Shown here: positions 40,952-49,968 of the stretch, in pieces
How the letters are laid out: every line of letters starts with the position of its first letter
Numbering within the stretch: the stretch's first letter is position 1
Source: Nitrosopumilus sp.
GTDB lineage: Archaea; Thermoproteota; Nitrososphaeria; Nitrososphaerales; Nitrosopumilaceae
Length of the DNA: 64,000 bases
Assembly (NCBI GenBank): GCA_965214775.1
Contig: OZ243974.1
Coordinates: 512,001 to 576,000 of the forward strand
Direction: 5' to 3'
Notes under the pieces: model-generated
Databases searched by the model: none
The model's input: the letters and a program-made list of their open reading frames with translations, nothing else
What the model was told of the DNA's origin: nothing
Translations under genes and position numbers: made by a program

Positions 40952-42061
40952 TATAGCAACGAGCATAAGTCTTTGAGCCAAAACAAGGTCATTCGAAAAG
41001 TATAATGATCACGTAACTGGCGCAGTATGTATGGCAAAAGAAACAGACATCCTGTCAGAGGCCATGCGCAAAGAAAAGGATGCCAAAGTCTACAAGAAGA
41101 TCATGGCGCTGATGTTTGTGCTAGAAGACGACATGGGCGTACCCGAGACTGCAAGAAAGATCCGGTGCAGTGAGAATTCCGTGCGTAACTGGCTGGCGAG
41201 GTTTTCGGAGGGCGGCATAGACGGTCTCCGGGATCTTCCCCGTTCCGGATGCAGGCCAAAGGTGGACAGGAAAAGTATTGCAGCCATAATGGATCTGTCT
41301 ACTGCATGCAAAAGTACCGATGTCATGACGGTACGCGATGACATAAGGGATGCCACCGGGACAGAATACAGCATAGAACATGTCCGGAGAATGATGCGCC
41401 AGCATGGCCTGTCGCGCCGCAAGGTGCAAAACATACATGTCAACCATGCCACCCCAAGCTCGGTATACTCGTGGCAGTGGTATCTTGAAAACGTGCGTAT
41501 TCCGTGCCTGAAAAACGACGGTTTTACGCTGGTGTCATCTGATGAGGCGTTCTTCGTGCAGGGCGCATATGACAGATACGTGTGGGGTCCGGTCGGCACC
41601 AGAAGCGTGGCATCGTACTCTGGAGACCACACAAAGGTGGCCGTGTTTGGAAGCATCGCAGAAGACGGCAGAAGGCTGTTCAGGACGTTTACGGGATCCT
41701 TTACGTCGGTGCAGTTCATAGAATGTCTGGAGGCGCTGCGCGCCAAGTTTGGTAAGGTTGCCGTCTTTTGCGACAGGTGGAGTGTGCACAGATCTACTGA
41801 TGTCGCAGAATATCTGGTCGACCATCCCTATGTCAAACTGATAATGATCCCGAAAGGATCGCCGTACCTCAATATCGTGGAAGAATGCTGGAACTTGGGC
41901 AAGCATTTTGTTTTCAGGGGGATAGTGTACAGGAAAATCAGCGAGCTACGGCATGCCATATCCGAGTACTACAGGACGGTGTCGTTTGCCCACCTTAGCA
42001 TGTACAAGTACATTTACAGATCGCCGGTCAAAGCCCTCAATTACTTATGACCGTTGCTATA
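40952..42061 (+). mobile_element. IS630-family insertion sequence (transposase 41031-42050)
   Basis: LRDLPRSGCRP, SSDEA, FCD..SVH and SPYLNIVE motifs; TIRs TATAGCAACG..CATAAGT; TA ends. Confidence 0.92.
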
Positions 42062-42093
42062 TATAACAAAGGCGTATAGTGACTGGTGAGAGC

Positions 42094-42870
42094 ATGAACA
42101 GCAAGACAAAATACACAATATCTCTCTTGGCACTAACCTTGTTGGCTTCTGTGGGGATGAATAGCGCATTCGCACAGGCACCAGGACAAGACGATCCCGT
42201 TCATGAACCAAGTCAAACAGAACCCATCTATGATCCAGTCATGATTCAATACATGAAGGAGCTAACCGCTGATCCGGGAAAAACGGTAGCCGAACGTCCT
42301 ATTACAAACCAAACATATTCTGTCACAACAATAGTGCGTGAAATCACCGATGATAAATATGCAGTAAAGTCCACAACCCGGATTGACGGTGAAAAAATAT
42401 CATCTGAGAAATTCAGGATAACGGCAATTGATAACTCAACCTACAAACTGGTAAACAACAGTCTTGGCATACGCCAGGTTTTCACCGACATTCCCAGTGA
42501 AGCGGCAGGTGCAGGTTCTGGATCCTCAACACCTAATAATGCAAGAATTGTTCTGTATGATAGAGAGCACGGCACACCACACACTTTGATACTATATGAC
42601 AGCTATTCTGGATGTGCGACGCTTAACCAAGCTGTATTTCAGGCGCCTGTCAGACCAGACACCGTTGATGTTACATGGGAAGCAAGCCCGTTTTACATGC
42701 ATTGGTGCTTTATCCCTCATGAGTTCCAACAGGGCGAAGTTAGACACATGACCGAAACCGTGTTTTTGAATGGCCATGGAGACAGAAGAGGCAGTCATAC
42801 GTTTGACAATCCTCACGGGGGCACAATCTGGTATAGTGTCAAGGTGGATTTCGAGTACGGTGTGTGGTAA
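42094..42870 (+). CDS. Secreted hypothetical protein
   Basis: MNSKTKYTISLLALTLLASVGMNSAFAQ signal peptide. Confidence 0.7.
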   Translation: MNSKTKYTISLLALTLLASVGMNSAFAQAPGQDDPVHEPSQTEPIYDPVMIQYMKELTADPGKTVAERPITNQTYSVTTIVREITDDKYAVKSTTRIDGEKISSEKFRITAIDNSTYKLVNNSLGIRQVFTDIPSEAAGAGSGSSTPNNARIVLYDREHGTPHTLILYDSYSGCATLNQAVFQAPVRPDTVDVTWEASPFYMHWCFIPHEFQQGEVRHMTETVFLNGHGDRRGSHTFDNPHGGTIWYSVKVDFEYGVW

Positions 42871-42873
42871 CAC

Positions 42874-43101
42874 ATGCTGGCACATTCTTTTTTTTATCCC
42901 CGGCTGATACTTGGTTTTTGCGGGCTGGTGTTGGCCGGAGCAGGCTTGCTGTCTCTGGCGCATCAAATCCATCTAGACTCCTTGTCCTTTGGCCCGTCAT
43001 ACGTTTTACAGAATCCAGCCGCGCTGGCTCTGCTTGTAGTCAGCATGGCATTACTGACAGTTTTGATTTACAAAATCTGCTCCAAGAGGTTGTTCCTTTA
43101 A
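42874..43101 (+). CDS. Small 2-TM membrane protein
   Basis: Two hydrophobic helices; 3 bp downstream of the secreted protein gene. Confidence 0.5.
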   Translation: MLAHSFFYPRLILGFCGLVLAGAGLLSLAHQIHLDSLSFGPSYVLQNPAALALLVVSMALLTVLIYKICSKRLFL

Positions 43102-43377
43102 CCACGGCAAGCTGCGCAAGGTGCCCCCATCAGATCATCTCTGGCGTATTGCCGGCCACGCATCATTGCTCCAGCAGATCCTCCTCCCACTTTATGCATC
43201 CTGAGTCTGTCGAGCTTTTTGCACTTTTTGTACAGCTCGGAAAGGCACCGGCATGCAGAAAAAATAGGTACGTGGTCACCTACCCCCACCAATCAGGCAC
43301 GAATTGGCATGTACAATTATGATTTCCATGCCTAGCCAGCAAGGGGCGTGACCTCATACAAAGGTACAATATTGTAA

Positions 43378-43462
43378 TGGACCGGAAGGGAGCGGAGCCC
43401 GCAGTGGGTTCAGACCCCCGATCACGCAAACGGTAGAAAGCGATTGGAACGCTTACAGTATT
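43378..43462 (+). repeat. About 85-bp direct repeat copy 2, beginning with a tRNA-Ala 3'-end-like sequence on the minus strand
   Basis: Matches 32887-33051; TGGACCGGAAGGGA is the reverse complement of TCCCTTCCGGTCCA. Confidence 0.7.
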
Positions 43463-43677
43463 CTTACTTTTTTCTTTTTTAATACGAACAAATTGATGTG
43501 CAAATAGCGTATTGTTTTGATATTGGTTGGGATTACAGAATAGAGATATTGTGAAATCAGGATTGCTGATGTTTCATGGGAATGATGGCCGCTTACATGC
43601 TGTTCAAAGTAACAGGCTCTTTTGAGAGGGAATCCGTAAATTTTTGTGTTCTGAATGATGCTATAAACTCCAACGAA

Positions 43678-44169
43678 TCAATCATCTGCAAGATAACGTT
43701 TCTCAAGATTTCGCAAGCCCACAGCAAAATACGCCACAGCTGGTAGTCCGGCCCATACAAAATTCAACCAAAATCCGTCTTGTAATGAAAATTCCAGATT
43801 ATCCTCAGTTTGAACCAAGGCTGCAGCCTGTGATTGTAATGCTCCAACAGTGCCAAGATATATTGCAAGAACCTCGAGGATTCGTCGCTTAGCATAGCGT
43901 CGTAGCTTGGATCTAAATCTCAGGGTTTTTTTGTGCACACGTTCGATTTCTTTTGGTGAAAAAAAAGACATCAGTTCATAAGCAGTGTTCTTATGTTCGT
44001 CATCCTCAAATTCGATATTAAACTCTACAGAATTAATTTTTCTAAGATCCTCTTCTATGTCGCGATAACGTACTTTTTCAATTATGTATTTGCTGTCTTT
44101 TAGATTATCAATTATTATTTCATTGTCTTTTTTCTCGTAATTTTTAATTCTGTACAACCACCTTTCCAA
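43678..44169 (-). CDS. Hypothetical protein with two C-terminal hydrophobic segments
   Basis: 163-aa ORF. Confidence 0.55.
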   Translation of the reverse strand: MERWLYRIKNYEKKDNEIIIDNLKDSKYIIEKVRYRDIEEDLRKINSVEFNIEFEDDEHKNTAYELMSFFSPKEIERVHKKTLRFRSKLRRYAKRRILEVLAIYLGTVGALQSQAAALVQTEDNLEFSLQDGFWLNFVWAGLPAVAYFAVGLRNLEKRYLADD

Positions 44170-44205
44170 TCTGATTCCCCAGTTAGCATTAATTAGAAGA
44201 GGGGT

Positions 44206-44490
44206 TCAGGATGCAATCTCAATTGTCTTTGCGCCAACCTTCTTTTTTACCAGTTCTTTGGTTGCCTGATGCAGGGCATCCAAACTTTCTTGATCTTTGG
44301 AAGAAAAACTAATTACAAGATCAGCAATGTTGTCTTCTGGCTTGGATATTTTTTCCAAAGCAATGTTGTTTTTTATCATGATTAATTTAATCAGGTGGTT
44401 CAAAGCTGCACAATTGTCTTTGTCATAATCATGCATTGACTGCTTTCTGGTATCTGAATATGTGATTAGTAATTGACCCGGATTGCTCAT
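44206..44490 (-). CDS. Hypothetical protein
   Basis: 94-aa ORF co-oriented with the downstream gene. Confidence 0.5.
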   Translation of the reverse strand: MSNPGQLLITYSDTRKQSMHDYDKDNCAALNHLIKLIMIKNNIALEKISKPEDNIADLVISFSSKDQESLDALHQATKELVKKKVGAKTIEIAS

Positions 44491-44628
44491 GTCACATCAT
44501 AGCCTCTCTAGTAAAAAAGAGGTTTCCGAATCACATATAAATTAAAGTGGCCGGGCAGTCTTCCCATCTACGCAGAATATCTTACAGGACTCAAAAATTT
44601 TGAGGAGGTTACCGAGGAACGAAAGAAG

Positions 44629-45714
44629 ATGCTCTCGAAGATCTCCAAGATCAGGGGCGGCAGGGACGTCTTGGTGTTCGCCTCGGACCTTTCCAAAGGC
44701 AGGGCGCCGATAGGAATCGAGTACACGGATCTCCTTGCAGTTCAGGACCAACTGGAGAACCTGTCAGGGCAGGCAATCGACATAGTGCTAGAGACTCCGG
44801 GCGGCCTAGGCGAAGTGGTGGAGGACATTGTAAGTCTGGTTCGCGGAAAGTACGAAAAAGTCGGAATGATAGTTCCGGGATACGCAAAGAGTGCGGGAAC
44901 GATCTTTGCGATGGCAGGAGACGAGATTCTAATGGGCAAGGGATCTGCACTTGGCCCGATAGACGGACAGCTGCAGCTGGCAGACGGCAGGCGCTTCTCT
45001 GCTGACGCGTTCCTGGAGGGACTCGAGAAAATAAAAGGAGAGGTGGAGGAGACAAAGAAGCTAAACCCCGCATACATCCCGATTCTGCAAAACATATCGC
45101 CGGGAGAGATTCAAAACTGCGAGAACATTCAGGGTTTTTCCAAGCACTTGGTTACGGAGTGGCTTGCCAAGTACAAGTTCAAGTACTGGGACAGACACTC
45201 TGACGGGCGCGGCGTTACAGAAGAAGAGAGATGCAGCAGAGCCAACGAAATTGCGAAGGATCTTTGCTCGCAGTCAAGGTGGCTCACACACGGACGCTCT
45301 ATCAAGATAGACGACCTAGAAAAGCTCAAGGTAAAAATCACAGATTACAGCAAGAACGCAGAGCTGAACGAGGCCATAACTCGCTACTACATCCTGCTGA
45401 GAATGAGCTTTGAGAGCTCTGTGATATACAAGATCTTCGAGACTGCGGACTCGCAGATCTACCGCTCTGTGGCTCCTGTGCGGCCTGCCCCGCAAAACCA
45501 AAAGAGCCTCACCATAGACGGTTCGTGCACAAAGTGCAAGCACAAGCTTAAAGTTCAGGTCAACCTAGAAAAGAATATGCCATTGGAAGAAGGTGCAACA
45601 GCATATCCGGTCTCGACGGATTCCATTGACTGTCCCGAATGCGGCGAAAAAATAAACCTGTTGCCGTTCAGGCAACAGATCGAATCGCAGACTGGAAAAA
45701 AGGTGGTCGAATAA
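44629..45714 (+). CDS. ClpP/SppA-class serine protease (SDH_sah-like) with C-terminal Zn ribbon
   Basis: LETPGG, AKSAGT, LGPIDGQ and THG motifs; CTKC...CPEC. Confidence 0.8.
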   Translation: MLSKISKIRGGRDVLVFASDLSKGRAPIGIEYTDLLAVQDQLENLSGQAIDIVLETPGGLGEVVEDIVSLVRGKYEKVGMIVPGYAKSAGTIFAMAGDEILMGKGSALGPIDGQLQLADGRRFSADAFLEGLEKIKGEVEETKKLNPAYIPILQNISPGEIQNCENIQGFSKHLVTEWLAKYKFKYWDRHSDGRGVTEEERCSRANEIAKDLCSQSRWLTHGRSIKIDDLEKLKVKITDYSKNAELNEAITRYYILLRMSFESSVIYKIFETADSQIYRSVAPVRPAPQNQKSLTIDGSCTKCKHKLKVQVNLEKNMPLEEGATAYPVSTDSIDCPECGEKINLLPFRQQIESQTGKKVVE

Positions 45715-45715
45715 A

Positions 45716-45898
45716 ATGGCCAGAAACGGATTCAAGATAATCTTTGAGCACATGGACAGAGAAATGAAAGGACAGGCGGAGCTGCAGGCAGATGCGATCA
45801 GATGCACGCTAGAGCAAAACGACGAGATAAAAAAATTAATCGAGATTATTAACGAGGCGATCCCGGCTGACGAACCTCTTCTCTATTCCAGATCCTAG
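45716..45898 (+). CDS. Small hypothetical protein
   Basis: 60-aa ORF starting 1 bp after the protease stop. Confidence 0.5.
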   Translation: MARNGFKIIFEHMDREMKGQAELQADAIRCTLEQNDEIKKLIEIINEAIPADEPLLYSRS

Positions 45899-46452
45899 AT
45901 TTCAATTCTTGGTTTGAGGTCTTGTCGGACCTGACTTTGTGCCCATCTCCGATGCTATCTTCATCTGGAACGTGTTTGCAAGCTGTATCCATGATACATG
46001 CAACGCATCTCCTCTTTCCAATGTACATGCATATGCTTTCCAATCCTTTCATCACCTCCTTGTGGACTGCTGTTTGATGGACAAAAAGCTGCAGTCATCC
46101 ATCAGTGCGCTAAACACAGGAACACACAGCTCGTATTGCCTCCAGTAGATAGTGTGCAAAGCACATGTCATGTAAGGGGTTGATTCGTCACCCTGACTAC
46201 GGCGGGGGTGTTTTTATCATGTGTTCAGCTGTGGTTTTTACATCTGGCCAGCAAGGGGACGCTACCTCACACTATCTAAGATAGACACTACGATCCAGTA
46301 GTTGAAAATGTACACTTTGTGTGCCGCCTGTGTGGTGGACTCCCATCCATCCATGGCTCTGCACGCATGGAATTCTGCATGCCACAGCTCCATAAAACGG
46401 CGGCCACAAGAAACAGCAGTACATTTTCAACTACTGCGATCCTGTGATCATG

Positions 46453-47958
46453 TCACATGCAAGGCTTGCCGTTATGCTGACCATGGTGGTTTTTTCGCAT
46501 GAAAAACTTGATCAGAGACTGAATTGTTTGGCGCAACGGACTGTTTCTCTTGCCTGCCTCTCTACTTTTGGATTTATCTATTCCCAGAACCGGTTTTTCA
46601 GTGTCTCCTTTGGCAACTAGTTGCTGATACATGCAATTTTCCCTACATGTACCAAGCTTGGGTAGAATCTCACCAGTACGATAATCATATGCCTGCTGTC
46701 CAAGATTCCCTGTATTTGCCAGATTGGTTATAAGCTCTACAAACTGAATTGATTCAAGGCCTGCAAGGCCAAAAGAAAACGGCATGATATTCTGCCGTGT
46801 ATTTTTCCCAGTTTCCTGTTCGTGTTTTTCGATGTATGCTGGATCGTCAAACATGCCATCACGATCCATCTGCACCTCGCCGATATTCAGAGCGCCCAAG
46901 CAATCCAGGCAGGCGCGTTCAGGGCCTATGGTTTGTGCACGATACATGCCATGTACTAGTTTTCCTTTTCGGACATCAAAGCCAACTCCCCCATCAATCA
47001 CGGGAATCAGGTTGGAATACGCAATATGGTTTAGGACTTGCCTCGGCCAAGGCCTGTCAACACAGCAAAAGATCACATCGCAGTCCAATGCCTCTTCATA
47101 TCCGGCCTCTTCCACTATGGAGTTGTCAGAAGTAGTACAGTCGAATCCCTCTGATGTGGCGGATCTGCACAGATTTTTTTGCACGACATCTTTTTTGAAT
47201 TTCCCGATGTGATTTTCGTCGATTCCAACCATTCTGTCCAAATTGTGGATTTTTATTCTGTCGTAATCCATGAGGAGTATTTTTTTAGAGCCCATTCTAG
47301 CTAAGATCTCCCCCACGGCAGATCCTATGCTTCCAACCCCGATTATACCAACTCTCAAGCGCATGATGTCGTTCTGTTTACTATCGCCCCACACGCTAGT
47401 TGTCCTGATCTGCTTTTTAGTTGGTGCACAGCGTGGATAAAATTCGGGATGGAAATTGATTTTAAGATTCTTGCCTACAACTCTTATTTCTGAGCACCAT
47501 CTTATTTTGAATGGTTTAGGATATGTCCTGCCGCTCCATGTTCCGTCTCCGGCCAGAGTGATCCCTACAAAAGGTAGTCCTGTAATCCCAAAAACTTCCC
47601 GTGCAAGAACATCCTGTTCATAGTACTGGTCATCATGTGATACGTCCTGATGACTCAAGCCAGACGGGTGTGTGTGAATCATGGCAAGGCCAGAGTCATT
47701 CTCTCTTGCAAGTTCCTTGCATCTGTCCACATATGATGGAAAGGCTGACACGGTACCGTGACTTTCTCTATCATCTTCCTTGGGATACATTGCACCATGT
47801 AGCAGAATGCTATATCGCGAAGCGCCTACAGAGGGTTTCCAAGAAGCAAAACATATCTCCTCTTCAGTTTTATCATTTAATAAAAAATTCTGCAAATCAT
47901 TGTCAAGTGATTCAGTCATGGCAATGCTATAGTCCAAACCTATGTCACCTCCAGCCAT
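46453..47958 (-). CDS. JAB/JAMM peptidase - ThiF/E1 fusion
   Basis: N-terminal EE...IHTHP...S..D JAMM motif; GVGSIGS, DYD...HNLDR, CCVD, IDGG and CLDC E1 motifs. Confidence 0.85.
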   Translation of the reverse strand: MAGGDIGLDYSIAMTESLDNDLQNFLLNDKTEEEICFASWKPSVGASRYSILLHGAMYPKEDDRESHGTVSAFPSYVDRCKELARENDSGLAMIHTHPSGLSHQDVSHDDQYYEQDVLAREVFGITGLPFVGITLAGDGTWSGRTYPKPFKIRWCSEIRVVGKNLKINFHPEFYPRCAPTKKQIRTTSVWGDSKQNDIMRLRVGIIGVGSIGSAVGEILARMGSKKILLMDYDRIKIHNLDRMVGIDENHIGKFKKDVVQKNLCRSATSEGFDCTTSDNSIVEEAGYEEALDCDVIFCCVDRPWPRQVLNHIAYSNLIPVIDGGVGFDVRKGKLVHGMYRAQTIGPERACLDCLGALNIGEVQMDRDGMFDDPAYIEKHEQETGKNTRQNIMPFSFGLAGLESIQFVELITNLANTGNLGQQAYDYRTGEILPKLGTCRENCMYQQLVAKGDTEKPVLGIDKSKSREAGKRNSPLRQTIQSLIKFFMRKNHHGQHNGKPCM

Positions 47959-48296
47959 CTGTTTACTTGATCAAAATAATACCTGGGTGTTCTGTATGAT
48001 GGGTCATCCCAACCTAGCTTTCTGCTCCAAAACTCCCAATCATCACCTAGTGGGCTTGATTTAGCCGCAGAAGTGTTTCTCTGAAACCCATGGCTCTTCC
48101 TGATATGCAATCCATACGGTGCAGTATTGGGAAAATCTTTGGGAATTGGCAAGCCGATTTGAACTGTTTTGCCAGAATGCCTGCCATGTGGGATCTTATA
48201 GTGCTCTATCACAAAAATTATTTTATTATCGACTTCTATCTGCTCAAAAGGCAGTCCCATTTTTGCCAAAAAATCAGAAAATATGTTTGCGGCCAT
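47940..48296 (-). CDS. Prokaryotic E2-like protein (family E), no cysteine
   Basis: YKIPHG...IPKDFPNTAP...WEFWSR pattern. Confidence 0.7.
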   Translation of the reverse strand: MAANIFSDFLAKMGLPFEQIEVDNKIIFVIEHYKIPHGRHSGKTVQIGLPIPKDFPNTAPYGLHIRKSHGFQRNTSAAKSSPLGDDWEFWSRKLGWDDPSYRTPRYYFDQVNRWLEVT

Positions 48297-48297
48297 A

Positions 48298-48537
48298 TCA
48301 TGCGACGTTTATAGAACCAGTATACCTTGTCGTAAAATAATCATCATCTTTTACCACTATGGATTCTTTTGGATTGTCATATGTTGCAACTACTGCTCCT
48401 TTTTCTCCATCTCTTTTCTGTAGTTCGTATTCCCCTGGCTTGCCCTCACCTAGTTTGATAAGATCGCCTACCGTGATCTTGTCAGATTGAAGCTCAAAGG
48501 ACTCCCCATTGACATGTATTTTGATTTCCTTATCCAT
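48298..48537 (-). CDS. Ubiquitin-like (multi-ubiquitin type) protein
   Basis: IKIHVNGE...ITVGDLIKL...YEL...IVVKDDDYFTT beta-grasp pattern; first gene of the E2/E1 operon. Confidence 0.7.
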   Translation of the reverse strand: MDKEIKIHVNGESFELQSDKITVGDLIKLGEGKPGEYELQKRDGEKGAVVATYDNPKESIVVKDDDYFTTRYTGSINVA

Positions 48538-48575
48538 GATCCTTTTCCCCTTCTTGTATTAAAAAAGGAATTTAG

Positions 48576-48641
48576 CCTCCAATGGAGGAATATAATTTCT
48601 AGTTAGACACAAATACGAGTATTTTTCCTCCATTGGAAGAA
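48576..48641. promoter_or_regulatory. Two palindromic operator-like sites between the Ubl operon and the divergent regulator
   Basis: CCTCCA-A-TGGAGG (48576-48588) and TTCCTCCA-T-TGGAAGAA (48625-48641). Confidence 0.55.
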
Positions 48642-48769
48642 AACTTTGTTAAAATGCAAACGCATGTATTAATATTTATGGTGCTTTTTTGTTATTGTTG
48701 GAAACACAGCCTACTTGGGTTAAAACCTATTTACAGATCTACTCTAAATACGGTGGCAGCTTGTCTCTT

Positions 48770-49174
48770 ATGGGACTAAACAATAAAGACATCAGCGTAT
48801 ACATATTCCTGTTTGTTAAAAAATGGATTGAGAAGCAAGCGCCTCTTTCGTCCTCTAAAATTTACAAAGATCTTGTTTCAATAACAAATTTTTTTCCACC
48901 TAAACTTGGAATAACATATTCTGAGAAATCTGTATCCGTATCTCTTAAGAAGCTTGTCACGATGGGTTTTGTATCTCGCTGTATAAATGATCAAAAAATT
49001 AAATCAGAGGGCCGACCCGCAACAGCATTGTATGAATCAGATACTATTGCAACGGTAAAGAAAAATATTGATAACATATTAGATGAATACAGGAAAAATA
49101 TTTTACACATTATGTCTCCTTTAGAAGCTATTGAAGAGACAATCACATTACGAGACAGCGGGGAAGAAAAATAA
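48770..49174 (+). CDS. Winged-helix transcriptional regulator
   Basis: MGLNNKDISVY...VSVSLKKLVTMGFV...GRPATALY. Confidence 0.7.
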   Translation: MGLNNKDISVYIFLFVKKWIEKQAPLSSSKIYKDLVSITNFFPPKLGITYSEKSVSVSLKKLVTMGFVSRCINDQKIKSEGRPATALYESDTIATVKKNIDNILDEYRKNILHIMSPLEAIEETITLRDSGEEK

Positions 49175-49614
49175 TGGCGCCAGTTCCAAGTAAAGTGCTA
49201 GTCATTCTTGAGATCATATCTCATTCTGATAATCATCTCAGAGGCAAGACGCGCTTGCAAAAATTAGTTTTTTTGACACAGGAAGATAATGGCGCAGCGA
49301 TTAACTATGATTTTGAGCCTGCTCCGCTAGGACCTCTCTCTGAGGATGTTAACTATCAGATCATGAAGCTCAAAGAACTTGATTTGGTTGAAGAAACGGT
49401 AGAGAGTACAGAATCTGGAAACAGCGTGTTTTGTTACCGCTTGACTGGCACTGGCAGAGAAGTTTTGCATAATGGAAAAAAACAAGCAGATTTCAAAACA
49501 ATGGAAAAAATCATCAAACGTGTTTATGACAAATACGGAACTATGCCATACATCAAACTGTTGGACTTTGTCCATAAAACGTATCCAAACTATCACCTAA
49601 AAGGCATAATGTAG
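49174..49614 (+). CDS. SocA/Panacea-like (DUF4065/YwgA-like) winged-helix protein
   Basis: GKTRLQKLVFL...YDFEPAPLGPLSEDV...YRLT..G. Confidence 0.65.
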   Translation: MAPVPSKVLVILEIISHSDNHLRGKTRLQKLVFLTQEDNGAAINYDFEPAPLGPLSEDVNYQIMKLKELDLVEETVESTESGNSVFCYRLTGTGREVLHNGKKQADFKTMEKIIKRVYDKYGTMPYIKLLDFVHKTYPNYHLKGIM

Positions 49615-49968
49615 ATCAGGCATGACAGGAATAGACAGGCTTGCAGCGCTGGAGCACAGTAACAGACCTTGTGCGTAATCTGTGCAGATCAAAAAAAAGC
49701 AGGCAGCTTTCACGTCGTTTTTGGCAAATACGCACAAGGCCCAAATTACGTGCAGTTGTGGTTTTCATGCCTGGCCGGCAAGGGGACGCGGCCTCGCACG
49801 ATTTAGCTGTAAACTGTGCCCATCAACCGATCAGAGCGGGGCTGTCGCCTAATTCCGCCTGCCTGATACAATCCGAACGTTTTTCTGAACTCCTGACGCT
49901 TTTTGCATGCGCCTCGTCAGGATAGCATTGCATGGCTTTCTGCGATTCTGAATCAGGCCCGGCACCGA

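Noticed and set aside
43378-43430. Intact tRNA on the minus strand
   Set aside because: Only about 14 nt match a tRNA 3' end; no full cloverleaf.
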